From: Podarcis tiliguerta
Lineage: Eukaryota
Length of the DNA stretch: 64,000 bases
Reading direction: 5' to 3' (one strand)
Assembly (NCBI GenBank): GCA_965153285.1
Contig: OZ229116.1
The notes beneath the pieces were generated by a model. It was not told where the DNA came from and ran no database searches. It saw only the letters and a program-made list of their open reading frames with translations. Every line of letters begins with the position of its first letter. Position 1 is the first letter of the stretch. Both the position numbers and the translations under genes were made by a program. Positions 63,753 to 64,000 of this stretch are shown here, piece after piece.

Positions 63753-64000
63753 CTTTGAAAAAAGAAAAACAGACAAGAACACAGTTCATTGGCTCTCAGT
63801 TTTTCATGGCTGTTAAACTATTAAGGATACTTAATTGAACAGACCAGGTATTGTCAACTTTTGCAGAAGTACCAAAAATATTAGGGGGAGGGCATCTTTG
63901 AGGTGGGAGTGGAAAGTCCAAAACAGCATGTGAGTTTGGAGCATGCTACATGTTCATGGAATGCTGAGTGATTGATAGAGTAGCAGAAATGGAAAACCCG

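Overview
Vertebrate (squamate, probably lacertid lizard judging from the Sauria-SINE variant) genomic DNA, not prokaryotic. The + strand carries the 3' part of ASPH (aspartyl/asparaginyl beta-hydroxylase). It has six short phase-1 exons for the acidic luminal region, an alternative terminal exon of the junctate/humbug type (ends D-T-stop), and 12 exons running through the TPR and 2-oxoglutarate dioxygenase domains to the stop at 49562-49564. The - strand carries the last two coding exons of CLVS1 (clavesin-1), convergent with ASPH. Introns are dense with transposable elements: an intact full-length CR1 LINE (38920-43214) with both ORFs open, two near-identical Penelope-like insertions in (TA)n carrying minimal hammerhead-ribozyme motifs, Tigger/pogo-, Tc2- and hAT-type MITEs, several SINEs, and L1/L2/CR1 relics. 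The most notable observations are (1) an in-frame U_UUA_AAC slippery heptamer at the CR1 ORF1 stop that could fuse ORF1 to ORF2 by -1 frameshifting, (2) a perfect 205-bp hairpin with hammerhead cores in the last ASPH intron, and (3) stacked or templated insertion events in the CLVS1 intron. Most short ORFs in the supplied track are spurious. Homology statements are from recalled family knowledge, not database searches.
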